Shown here piece by piece: positions 36,532 through 49,031 of a stretch of DNA of 64,000 nt. The notes beneath the pieces are model-generated. The model was not told the origin of the DNA and did no database searches. It saw only the letters and a list, made by a program, of their open reading frames with translations. Position 1 is the first letter of the stretch. Each line of letters opens with the position of its first letter. Location of the stretch: contig CM052816.1 of assembly GCA_028534125.1 (NCBI GenBank), positions 11,100,001 through 11,164,000 of the forward strand, in the 5' to 3' direction. Origin of the DNA: Lama glama (taxonomy: Eukaryota). The position numbers and the translations under genes are program-made.

Positions 36532-39500
36532 ATTCAGCAGATGCTAATTTTATAAGCAACACCAACAAGAATTATTATTTATTAAGGGCTTATTATGTGC
36601 TGAGAACTGAGCTGGGCGCTTGTTTTTTCACAACACCTCTATGAGGTAAATAGTGCCATTTCATATCACAGCTAGAGAAACTGAGGCTTTAGGGGGTTTA
36701 AAGTCACTGCCCAAACACTGTCAAAGCTGAATCAGACACTGACCATACCCGTCCCGCCCTGGGACTGACTCTTAAGGGCTGACAGAGCACCGGGAATGGG
36801 CTTTAAAGATGCAAGGCCTCTGCTGAGAAGTATCTGTTGCTCTGTCCCAGTTCATGCTACCTGAAATGCCACCGTTACATACCGATTCCTTTTAGTTTTA
36901 AAACCTTTCCAGTCTCTAAAAGAAAACAGTAGAAATGCAAATACTCCAAGAGGGTAAAAGATGGTACCGTGTGAAGCAGGTAGTAATTCTCATATTTTTT
37001 CCACCAAAGTAACCCATCAGACCCAAACTGAGTTCTTAACCCCCAGGAGTCTGAAGGCTCAGCCCAAGAGATTATGATCAATTTCTTCCAAGTCTTGTGC
37101 TAGCTCTTTAAAATCATGCATGTATTTTTCTCCATACCATATACGTATACATATATATATAGTAATATAAAAACATTTCCCTCCAGATCTTCAAGTAAAA
37201 ATGATGCTTCAGAAAACATTCTATGTTCCTCTGAGTTCAAGAACTCCTTGGCATACCATCTAGTCCTTTGGCTTGAAAAGCAGAGCCTTAAACTGCTATC
37301 TGTGGGCATTTGGATAGGGTTTACCTGACCCTAGCTGGATTAACTACTCCCCAGTCTAGCTCAGGACCCACCATGTTCCTCTTCTATTTTATTCACCTTC
37401 TTAAGTTACTCAAATTCTACCTCCAACTATTTTGAAGGAGGTGAGCTCCCTGTCATTAGAAGTATGCAAGGAGATTAGATTAGACAATTGCTTGCTTGGA
37501 GAGCTATGGCAGGCAGGTCATAGAGCAATGAATGGAAGAAACTTTCAAATGTGACGCCCTATGATCCTGCAAATTTCTATGTTCTCTGCAGCAGTAATTT
37601 CCTGACAAATGTATTCAATTCAGTAACTATTTATTCAGCACTTTTTAAAGTGCCAGATAGTATGCTAGGCAGTAGTGGACGGGACAATCTTCTTGAAACT
37701 CAGTGGGCTATGGAGAACTATTAACCAGAAGGAAACTATAATACAGCCCAGGGGCTCTTGCAGGAGTAGCACCATAATTATGGAAGCTCAGGGGAGAGAC
37801 ATCAAGACTGAAACAGTAGAGATGGATCCTGGTAGGCTTCCAGGAAGAGGTGACATCTAAACTGAGGTTTGCGGAATAAGTAGGGGTTTGCCCAGGTCCT
37901 TCTGGAAGCCCCTGTAGTTGCAATTAATTTCAGCTAGTTTCAAGTCCCTCCTCTGCCCTGCTACGTTTTGTTCACCCATTCTGCTTGTCAACTCAGGCTG
38001 TTTAGGGACAAAGGTGCTGACTTTTTCATTACCAATTGTAACCATGAAGGTGTTTAGAGAATAAGTAAGTGGTCCATCCCATATTTACAAACTACATCAG
38101 ATGGGGGACTGGATTCCAGGTTTGGGGCATCAAAGTTACTGGGCAGATCCTAAACTCATTTGAGATACTCACAGCTGTTTAACCAAGAGGAAGGGAGGGG
38201 GGTGAGTCATACTGAATTTGCCTCCTGGGCTGTGAACACAAAGGAAAGAAAATATTGTTAGGGGAAGAAGCAGGCTCCTCCTTGCAGTAGTATGTGTTTT
38301 GGTCGTTGCACAGTAGACAGCAGAGCCAATAATTCAGTCTGCGAAATTGCCAGCGAAAAAAACCAAACCCTTTGAAGTAGCTAATGAATACACTCTTTTT
38401 AACTTACTCCGATCTCATCGCTGAGAGCTGTGCAGTTGCTCCTGGGCAGAAGTTTCACTAATGTAGGGATGTTGACTGGCCACTGCATCAAATATTTATC
38501 AAGTCACAGATGGGAATCTACAAAGAGTTTGCAGAGAGGTTTAGTGTCTCCCTTTGGTTCTAGGGGAAGCACGTCAGCACTGCAAAAGGCAGGTCCACAA
38601 ACACACACCTCTCAGCTTAGGCGTATGATTGTTGACCCATTTAAACAGGTTAAATGGGACCCGATTTAAAGAAATTACCTTTTTTTTTCCCCTTAAAGTA
38701 AAAGTAGTACATTTTCACTGTGGACATTTTTAGAAAATATCTTTACATAAAAGAAGAAATGAGAACTCGCCTATAATGCTGCCAATCAAGATGTATCATA
38801 CCAGTCTTTTAAATAATAATTAAATCATCCTGTATCCAATGCCTATGTGCCTATTTCACTCTTTTGCTTTACTCATTTAACAGTACATTCTTAACACCTT
38901 TAGACAACATTTTGTGTTTTTCTACGGCATATGTTTATATATTTACACACTTTTCTAGTCAGTGTGCCACGGTTTACCCAACCAATCTTTTGGGATTGTG
39001 TATTTAAGTCGCATCTAGTTTTCACTATTGCAAGTGATGTTTTTGATAAGCATCCTCATAGTTATTTGTGCCCAATTATGATATTTTCTGACCAATGAGG
39101 GGGAAAGGAATAGCTAGGTCAAGGAGTTAGCCTGATACACCAGTTTGTGTTTCCATCATCGGAGTATGACAGAGGGGCGGAGCTGTCATTTTTAACGGGC
39201 TACTGGCTGGCCCATCTCAAGTGAGACGGTCTGTAAGTTCACTGAGAGCTACCAATCGGTCTAGCAGTTTGGGGGTTGGTTTATCTGTATATTTGTCTGT
39301 TTTCGTAACAGCCTCCTTGAAACTTGAACTTTTTCCCTCTTTACCAGCTATCTTATTTCGCTCATCTCCCACCTTTATTTAGTTACACTGGAGAGAAAGA
39401 AGGATCTCTTCAATGATAAACAGCAGCGCCTGGGTTCAATAAGGATTTATGGCTTGCTGTTCTGCATTGCTAGTAACCACAATTTTAATGCTGGGTCTAT

Positions 39501-40678
39501 CAATACCTTTTTCCTCTAACAATAGAAGGCAAGCTGTTTCCTGCAATTGAAGTCTCCTAGAACAGAGCTTCAGTGACATTTAGGAAAACATAGAGGAGGG
39601 GATGGTTAAGATAAGGTTGCCAGCTTTTTATTTTGCCAAGTAAAGATATTGGAACAATCACAAGAAACAATGGTCAGCTACTCTCATCAAGCAATCCCTG
39701 AAGAATGAACATTTTAACACACATGCACTCATACTAAAACAAGAAGAACATAAATCCAGAATAAAGTGCCGGCTTACCTAGGAAAGAACAACTGGCCTTC
39801 TGGCACTGACAAACACATTGTCCTCTGTCGTCTTCTCACGAAGGATTTGAAAACAGCATCTTGGGTTAGCATCAGTCTGTGGACCCGGACTTGAGAACCA
39901 CTGTCTTACAAGCTCACGACCATGTGTTCTACAGGGAGCAGGATCTGATGCAGCCATCTTCCTCCCCGGAAAAGAAAAAAGTGACAGAAACCCTCTAATT
40001 CCTTCCAGGTGTCTCTTCCTAACTGCTTGGTCTCTGCGGTGTTCCCAGATTGCAGTAATTTGGGTATTGTTTTCATGACTTGCACACCTCCACAAACCAC
40101 CCACATATTATTTATTTAGCATTTGTTTTAAGTCAACACTTTCTTAACTTCAAAAATAAATGTATTTCAAAGGGCAAGCCAATGTTATTAGATCCTAGAT
40201 TGAATTTACCTGCCAAAGGTTCTGAGATGGAGTCCTATACTATCTTGGTTTCAAAAGAGAGAGATTAGCAAGTGAAAGGTGGGGAAGGTAAATCAGCACA
40301 GAAGACGTTGCCCTTGGCAGAAGCAGAGGGATTGATGGAGAACTGGAATGGAAATAAACTCACCACGTGAGGTCATGTACACTGATGCTCTGTCTGCATG
40401 CCACTGGCAGCGGTCCCACGATTTGGAAAGTACCAGTGAAGTGCAAAGAGAATTGAACTTGGTTTCGAGCCCTGGCCTGGCCACCTGCTAATTCTAAATC
40501 CTCAGGCAAATCACTCCACCTCTTCTTAAAACCTCAGCTTCCCCAGCTGCAAAATGAGATGATAATCTATCTAATGGGGATATTGTGACGAATTTTAAAA
40601 ATTCTAATTACTGAATCAATGGCTGTGTTAGACTTTGGTCTTTGTAGTACATACCTGTGGCTTTTTATCCTCCAGTTC

Positions 40679-41267
40679 TGTATTAATCATGTCTTTAATT
40701 TTCTATATTTTATGATGCTTTGACATCTTGAGACCTTGTGGACCGAAGGAGGAACTGCCTCTCCCAGGGGTAGCTAATTCCTAGAAATAGCAAACAATTT
40801 GCCAGTGAGTGCATATTTAATATGTGAGCCAATCAATCCTGAGTCCACCATCTACCTTCTTTTATTAGGCTCCTGCCTTCCAGGACACCATCCTCTACCC
40901 TAAATCACCCAGGGCTATGTACCAAAAACTAGGGACCACCCCTGTAGTCCAGAGCCCACCCAAATTATTCAGATTACTCAAACTAGCCAATCCTAAACCT
41001 GCTCAACTGTGTACCCTTCCCAGCCCATTCCTTCCTGTGAAAACCACAATAAAGCTTCCCCCCCAGCTTTCCCCTTGATCCTTCTGCCTCCTGGTGCTTC
41101 CCACCCCCTAGCCTGCATCCCCGCTCCACGTGCACTGCTGGGCGTGGCATGCCCCCTCCTCTTGGGAACTCTGGGTCACAAACTACTTTTTCTATGGTAA
41201 CTGTCTCCTGAAGCATAGGCCTGTCCATATCTGAATAAAAACAAAATCCCAGGTACATTTTAAAACA
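40679..41267 (+). mobile_element. Solo ERVL LTR, MER74-like
   Basis: tgtattaatcatgtc...gatgctttgacatct...gctaattcctagaaatagcaaac...cacaataaag...taaaaca; TG..CA ends. Confidence 0.75.
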
Positions 41268-41565
41268 AGTGTCAACCCTGAGAGCCCAGCCCAACTCCAG
41301 TCTCAATTCATGATTAAAGAGGAGTTGATCTCATTGTCGGCTCAGGGAGGAATATACAGCTCCTGTCTAAGCCAGTCAACCTGTCACATCACGACTGTCT
41401 CAGAGGTGGACATAGGACCACATCAAAGTTGCAGCAAGTCTTTTGCTAGGACAAAAACTTTTGATTTTTTTTTCCCCTACTGGATTAGAAACTGGGAGTT
41501 TTAGACCTGGAACTCTGCAGCCATTTTGCTAGCTAGAGGCAAAGCACCTGTCTGATATGGAGACA

Positions 41566-42682
41566 GCAAAAATAAACAAATGGGACCTAATTAAATTTAT
41601 AAGCTTTTGCACAGCAAAGGAAACCAGAAACAAAACAAAAAGATAACCCACAAACTGGGAAAAAAGTATTTGCAAATAATGCAACTGACAAGGGCTTAAC
41701 TTCCAGAACATACATACAGCTCATATAATCCAATAACCAAAAAACAAGCAACCCAATCAAAAAATGGGCAGAGGACCTAAACAGACAGTTCTCCAGTGAA
41801 AACATACAGATGGCCAATATGCACATGAAAAGATGCTCCATATTGCTGATTATTAAAGAAATGCAAATCAAAAGTACATTTAGGTCACCTCACCTCACAC
41901 CAGTCAGAATGGCTGCCATTTACAAAGCTGTAAACGATAAACGCTGGAGAAGATGTGGAGAAAAGGGAACCCTCCTACATTGTCGAATGTAGTTTGTGTA
42001 TGTAGTTTGGTGCAGCCGCTGTGGAAAACAGATGGAGATTCCTTAAAAAACTGAAAATAGAGTTACCATATAATTCATCAATCCCATTCCTGGGCATATA
42101 TCTAGAGGAAACTCTAATTCAAAAGGATACAGGCACCCAAATTTTCAAAGCAGCACTATATATAATAGTCAAGACATGGAAGCAACCTAAATGCCCATCA
42201 ACAGATGATTGGATAAAGAAAATGTGGTGTATCTATACAATGGAATACTACTCAGTCATAAAAAATAATAAAATAATGCATTTGCAGCAATATGGAAGGA
42301 CCTAGAGATTATCATACTAAGACAAGTCAGACAGAGAAAGACCAATATCACATGATATCACTGATATGTGGAATCTTAAAAAATGACTCAAATGAACTTA
42401 TTTACAGAATAGAAACAGACTCACAGACAGAAAACAAACTTATGGTTGCCAAAGGAGAAAGGAGGGGAGAGATAAATTAGGAGTTTGGGATTAGCAGTTG
42501 CAAACTACTATATATAAAATAGATAAACAATAAGGTCCTACTATATAGCACAGAGAACTGAACTTAATATCTTGTAATAGCCTGTAATGGAAAAGAATGT
42601 GAAAAAGAATATATATATATATAACTGAATCACTATGCTGTACACCAGAAACTAAATCAACTATACTTCAACTGAAAAAAAA
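41566..42682 (+). mobile_element. 5'-truncated L1 (ORF2 3' part and 3'UTR) inserted in an MLT1-type LTR (about 41380-42842)
   Basis: ORFs 41810 and 42021 ([12 protein letters not shown]...TWKQPKCPSTDDWIKKMW) are the L1 ORF2 C-terminus; A-tail near 42675; imperfect TSD atgg(g)agacag; the flanks join into an MLT1-like LTR. Confidence 0.93.
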
Positions 42683-45600
42683 TGGGAGACAGTTAGAGAA
42701 AACAGTGCCAAGAAACAGAGGAAAAGAAGTCAGTTCCTGGTGGCATCATTTGAGCCAACTCAACTCCTGGACTTTGCAGTTACCTGTGTTTAAGCCCATT
42801 GAGACTGGGTTTTCTGCACTTACATATAAAAGAATCCTAACCTTCAAGGTTTTCTTTCCCCTTTTCTTGCTACCCAAAGCCACGTTTGGAGATATTTAAA
42901 ACTGTAACTTGAATTCAACCAGTTCCACACTTAGTTTGTGCCCAGCGCTGTGCTGGCCCTTGGGATGCAACGTCTCAGATGACCTTCTAAGAGCGTCAGT
43001 TTAGAGGAGAAGTCAGGCATGCACACAACAAGGAGAGAGTGGAATCGGAGCTTTCGCGGAGGTTCAAGCAAAGGTCACGGTACAGGGAAAGAGCAGTCAA
43101 ATCTGCCGGGAGGTCCTCTCTCTTCAGTCCTGTACTGGTCACAGCCTCGACTCAGCTGGACCCTGTGGGTGAGCCTCCCACTTCAAGTAGCATCAGCTGT
43201 AATGAGTGCTGACACTTGGTGAGGACTTCCTGAGGCCCTATGCCCATGTTTATTTCATTCTCTCTGTTCCTTTACAGGGCAGATATTATTACCTCCATTT
43301 GAGAGATGAAGATTCCTCTGTTTCAGAGGCTTAACTAGAGTAAATAGCCCTTCTCAACTCAGTGATAGAACACGAACTCAAACACAGAATGGGTGGCTCT
43401 AGAGAGCAGGCCCTTCGTGGCTAAGCCACTCCCTGGTACTTGCGGATAGCTCCTGTGCGCCAGACTCCACCCCATAATCGTAGAAGAGAAAGCAGCTTTC
43501 CAAAAGCACTCCTCATTTTACGGTAGAATTTGCCGTAGGGGTCTCTTCCCGTATGGCACATGGACCACGGTAGTCATGTTAGAAAGACCTTTTTACCACA
43601 CCAGTTATTCCAAGGACCACATCTAGTGACTAAGATGAAGTCCCCCTATGTATGTGCCCCTCCTGGCTCAGGACCCCAACCTCTCCTGTGAGATGTCTCC
43701 ACCTGGCAGTCCTCTGAGAGATGGAGTAGCCAGGTGCAGCACAAAGTACCAAAGAACCTCCCAGGCCCCGAGATCAGGATTGCCTGCGGTTGGAAGGGGG
43801 CAGGCGAGATCTCCGACTGACACGGTCAGTGAATTGTGCCTTTGCTTCCAGCAGAGCACGTGGGGCTTCTGAGGATTTCAGCGTGCCTGATGGAGGCACC
43901 AGAGGCAGCCTGAGCCCCAGGCATACTGGCCACCTTGGCAGATTTCCTTTTTAAGCTTCGTGTTGGCTTGTCAACCTCATCATCCCAAACCAGTTAAACA
44001 AACAATTTACTAGGCTGGCAGCCCCTCCAGATGCCGCAACTTTTCTTTAAGGGACTGTTGGCTTTTCCATTTTCAACTCCACTTTCATGATTTTCTTTCC
44101 AGAGGAAAAAGGGTGCATCTTTCAGCTTGGGTAAGAAGTGTATTATATGAATATGGACATGCAGTTCATATACTGGCTATGAATATTCATAGGCTCTCTT
44201 GGACATATCACATCAAATCCGTGTGAGGGAATAAGTATTTCACTTTAAAATCAAAGCTGAATAGGATGCTTTCAAATCATCATTAGGATTTTATTATAAA
44301 TGAATGCATTTATATTAAATTTGGATGTGAATTTGATATAATTCACACAGTACATAATTAGATAACTAGCTTTCTTCCCTTAATGGTATTTCTCAAAGAC
44401 CTTTTTATGATCATTTAATTTTGAGTCTATTGAAATAGATGTGAACAGACACGTTGGATTTTGTAACCCATTACTGCCTCCTTTATTTCAAAATTGCTAT
44501 TTTAGGCTTCTTGACAACTAAGAATGACCTTTTTTTTTTTTCCTCCCTTGGCGCTTTTCTCAGTATTTGGTGAGGGAAAATGGGATGTCACTGCCCTGTC
44601 TTACTTGGCTCATTCACAGATCTCCTCTGCATTCAGTGTTTACTCCATCACATCCTATGATTGTCCGGTCATCACGTGAAATGTACAAGGCTTGCTAATG
44701 GCAGTAACTGCCCTTCACTGTCGTCTACCCTGTGCCATCCTCTGTGCTACGGGCGGCACAGCTTGTTCAAACCTCACCTTGAGCCTAGGAGGCAGACATT
44801 ATTTTCTCTCACTTTATAATAGAAGAAACCAAAGCTCACAAAGTTCAAGATATCTTGCCCAAGAAAATTTCTCATGAGGAAAAGAACTGGGTGGTCAAGG
44901 AATCCAAAGGTTTATCTTGCCTGTTTCTTCTTTCATTCCCCAGACATCTGATGAGCACCTTCTAGGTCCCAGCCACCGTTCTGAACACTGGGGATACACA
45001 GGGGAGTGAGACAGCCAAAGCCCCCTGTTCTCAAAGAGCTTGTGGTCTCCCCAGCTTCCCAGTCAAGCCTGAGTCGTACATCTGGACTCCTGCCCATACA
45101 GCGGTTGGAAGGGGCGCGTCTTGGGCATGACTGGGTCCCCCCGGCTGGTTTGAAGCAAACGCTGAGCACTTCTCGGTTTGGTAGGGCTGAGATTTATTTC
45201 AATGCTTAGTTCAGTGTCAGCATCCTTGTTAAATTCTTCATAAACATTTGTAGTTGTTGTTTGACATTTAGATGTCCAAAAGAGATGGGTGAGGGGATTA
45301 CTTCAGATGAAAACACTTCATTCAAATACCCCTTTTAAAGTGTTTCTGCTTTGATTTTACTCTTGACCTTAATTCACTCACCTTCTCCCTTGGTTTACAA
45401 GTACCTGACATAACTCTGAGGACGGTTGGGAAGGAACAACTATGTCACACCTTACACAAGCATTTCTATTTTTCCAAGGAGGACGGGGTGAGACTCTCCA
45501 GGTCCGGTCCCTCCCCTTCCAAGACTGCCACCATCCTGACAGTCAGGAACTGGCTGGCTTCCCACTCCTTCGTGTCTCCAAAAATCAAGAGGGGAGATGA

Positions 45601-48339
45601 AAAGAGGATTGCAACGTCTCAGCCCTTGCTATCAGATTTACAGCGCCTGCCTCTTGATCAGCAAAAGAGGGGGGAGATGAAAAAGGCCCATCAGCCCCGC
45701 CCGTGCGCTCCTGTCTTTGTCAGAATGGCATCTTCAGCCTCCAAAGCATTTGGAGCGTTCTCGTGGCAGGAAACTAAAATGCTTTTTTCCCAGACATGAT
45801 AGCTGAGGTCCTCCCCAAGCAGTGGGACCTGTCTGTCTTCCATTGGAATCTTTCATCTTCGTTTACAATCCCTCCTTTCAGAGCTTCTTCAATAATTGAT
45901 GGCATTCTGAGTGGCACGTCCATGGCATCTGCAGGGCTGAATCAGGGTGGGAAGGACAGAGAAGAGGACGGTGACACTGCTGTGGGACCAGTCTCAGTGG
46001 TAGCCTGTGTCCTTTTATCTGTCCCTCCTCTTCCATCTCCCATGCCCAGCTCAGTGTCCATGAAAGAGGCTTGTCTTAGTTCAGGTTCTCTAGACGAAGA
46101 GGTCAAGATGGTGATTCCTGTGTAAGTGATGTATTAAAGAACCACCCTCAGAAGAAACATGTATTGGGTTGGGGGAGAGAGAGCAGAGAAAGGGCGAGAA
46201 GGAGGAGAGGGCAGGGGAGGGACCTGGGCAAAGATGGGGTTTAGGAAAAGACTGGCTTTGTTCCAATCCCACTGGTAACTCAGCAGGAGAAACTGCGTCT
46301 CTGAGGTTGTCCCACGTAGGTAAAGGGACTGGACTGTTATGCTCCGCACCTCAGTCAGCCAAATACCATGCCATTCCCATCCTTAGAGTGGGATGTAAAC
46401 TCCCAGGCATCTCCCGCAAAAAGGCTCTCTGCAAGCATGGATAGCCCTTTCTAGAAGAATTCAAGTATGTGAGCCGGTGGCAGCCAACATCTGCGCACCT
46501 GGGGATGGGTGTGCAGGATGCCTTTACCAAGCTGGGTACCAACTGCATCTGCTACACTGCTCAGGGAACAGTTTTTGAGACCATGAGAATGACTAAGCAG
46601 TTCTGTTCATGTCGGTGATATCTCCCTCCCTGCCTCCCTTCTTCCCTCGCCCCCTTCAACAGACACTTATTAGTAAACTAGTCCTCAGGGAGCTTAGAGT
46701 CTAAATAAGGAGTCAGACAGTGAACAGATAAATGAATACACACAAAAAATAATGCCAAATTGTGACCACTGCTCCGAAGGAAATAGAGCACGAGGGAAAG
46801 AGGATAACAGACAAAGGGGAGAGGCACCTCTGTGGGGTAAGGGAGTCACAGAAGGCTTCTCTGAGTGAGCGACTTGGAAGCTGAGACCTGAAGAGAGGGA
46901 AGAAGCCAGGTGTAAGAATGCAGGGCGAGGCGGTTCCAGGGAGGGCAGACAGCAGACACAAGGCCCCCTGAGCAGGGCGAGGTGCGCGTGCTCTCAGCCC
47001 TGATGCCAGGCCAGACGGGAGCTGGGGGAGTTTGACTTGGCCCAGATGATGCCGAACCTTGTAGGGAAGGGGCTTAGGTTTAACTCACCTGCATTCAGAT
47101 GTGCAAAGGAAATGTAGTCTCTATTTCCTCGTGTGGATCCAATTCTAAACATTTCCTAACTCTGGCAGAAATCTGGCTTTTTAATATTCATTGTATCTCG
47201 GACTCAGAAAATGCCAGGAGGATCTGGCCCTTTCCCTCCCCAGGATGGCCTCTGGAGTATGGAAGCTTACTCCAGGGGAGGGCCTTGGACCTAATGTGGG
47301 TCCTTGCAAGAGTCTGGGGGTCCATTCCAGCCTCCTCTCCTCTTGTGACCTCCCTGCTGCAGACACCCTGTGACTGGTGGAGCGTGCCTGCTTCAGCCCT
47401 AGTGGTGTTCTCAACCTCCCAACACCCCAGCCCAGTCGACTGCCCCCAGTTTTGTTCTTGCTGGTGCTGCAGACTTGCAGCCTCCCCTTCTCTCCAATTC
47501 AGCCCTGGGCTTGGGGGTCAGACCGGCAGTCCTCAGCTTTACCATGGTCGGTGAGCTTTACAAACAGCTCCACCTCATCCGTCCACCTAACGGGAGATTG
47601 GGCACATGTGCTTCACCATCTCTGCCCTCTCAGCTTACCCCCAGCCCCCTGGGGTAAAAGGACTTGGCTTCCCGCTTCTTCCTTAGGTGTGGACTCCCTG
47701 TGTCACTTTTTCCCTCCTCCAGAAGTGACATCACCGTTCACTCTTACCAGAATCTGCAGGGGCAGATCAGCTGTTTGAGACTCTTCTTTATGGGAAAAGA
47801 ATGGCATATTTGTTTACTATTTTCAAATGATTATCCCTGTTACTGCAGTGTGGAATTTGAAGTGACCAAGGATAGATGCAGGGACAGTTGGAAGCCAGTT
47901 GATTGTTCTCCAGGGAGGAGCTTCGCAGCTTAAACTGGAGTTGCAGTGGTGTTGGTGAGAAGTGGACAGATCTGTTATATATTTTGGGTGAGATCTGGCC
48001 GACAGTCTATTTATCAAGCCTTTACTGAGCACATGCTCTGAGCAAGATCCAGGAAAGACACAAAGATAAGGAGGACATGGTCCCTGAGTCCAAAATGCTT
48101 ATAAAACAATGGGTAAGAAAAGACACATAACAATTCATCTCATGCTAGGTGAGCCCTAGAGTTGTGCATAAGGAAGATTAGAAGTTTGAATTACTAAGGG
48201 TAGACTTCCTAGGTCCAGTAAATGGCTAATGGGTTTCAATACCATCATCCCTATAATAGTCATGTGACCTTGGGTACATGACCTAACCTCTTTAAGTCTC
48301 AATTTCCTCAAGCCAACAAAAAAAAAAAAAAAAAAAAAA

Positions 48340-48531
48340 GGAGGGGGAGGGGGAAGTGGAGGGGGAGGGGGAAATAGAGAACGGGGGTGTAGGAAGTATA
48401 AACTATTGGGTGTAAGAAAGGCTCAGGGATGTATTATACAACACCAGGAATATAGCCAATATTTTGTAATAACTGTAATGGAAAGTAACCTTTAAAAATT
48501 GTATTTAAAAATTTTTTAAGTTTAAAAAAAA
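48340..48531 (+). mobile_element. L1 3'UTR end (G-rich tract to A-tail) abutting the gap
   Basis: aaactattgggtgtaag...gatgtattatacaacaccaggaatatagccaatattttgtaataactgtaa. Confidence 0.8.
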
Positions 48532-49031
48532 NNNNNNNNNNNNNNNNNNNNNNNNNNNNNNNNNNNNNNNNNNNNNNNNNNNNNNNNNNNNNNNNNNNNN
48601 NNNNNNNNNNNNNNNNNNNNNNNNNNNNNNNNNNNNNNNNNNNNNNNNNNNNNNNNNNNNNNNNNNNNNNNNNNNNNNNNNNNNNNNNNNNNNNNNNNNN
48701 NNNNNNNNNNNNNNNNNNNNNNNNNNNNNNNNNNNNNNNNNNNNNNNNNNNNNNNNNNNNNNNNNNNNNNNNNNNNNNNNNNNNNNNNNNNNNNNNNNNN
48801 NNNNNNNNNNNNNNNNNNNNNNNNNNNNNNNNNNNNNNNNNNNNNNNNNNNNNNNNNNNNNNNNNNNNNNNNNNNNNNNNNNNNNNNNNNNNNNNNNNNN
48901 NNNNNNNNNNNNNNNNNNNNNNNNNNNNNNNNNNNNNNNNNNNNNNNNNNNNNNNNNNNNNNNNNNNNNNNNNNNNNNNNNNNNNNNNNNNNNNNNNNNN
49001 NNNNNNNNNNNNNNNNNNNNNNNNNNNNNNN
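48532..49031. other. Assembly gap (500 N)
   Basis: Run of N. Confidence 1.

Larger units (their letters stand above)
22977..47785 (-). pseudogene. Candidate decayed multi-exon gene or lncRNA; exon-like blocks at about 47089-47785, 45480-46117, 29152-29292, 26573-26953, 26189-26314 and 22977-23339
   Basis: Non-repeat blocks, mostly bounded by plausible splice sites, whose minus-strand frames stay open apart from isolated stops or frameshifts; AATAAA after the last block. No homolog recognised. Confidence 0.35.

Noticed and set aside
41810..42480. Short protein-like ORFs
   Set aside because: Frameshifted L1 ORF2 C-terminus and 3'UTR; not an active element or host gene.
48316..48372. Poly-A followed by G-runs (G-quadruplex-like)
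   Set aside because: Matches the usual G-rich tract of an L1 3'UTR and sits near a gap where sequence quality is doubtful.
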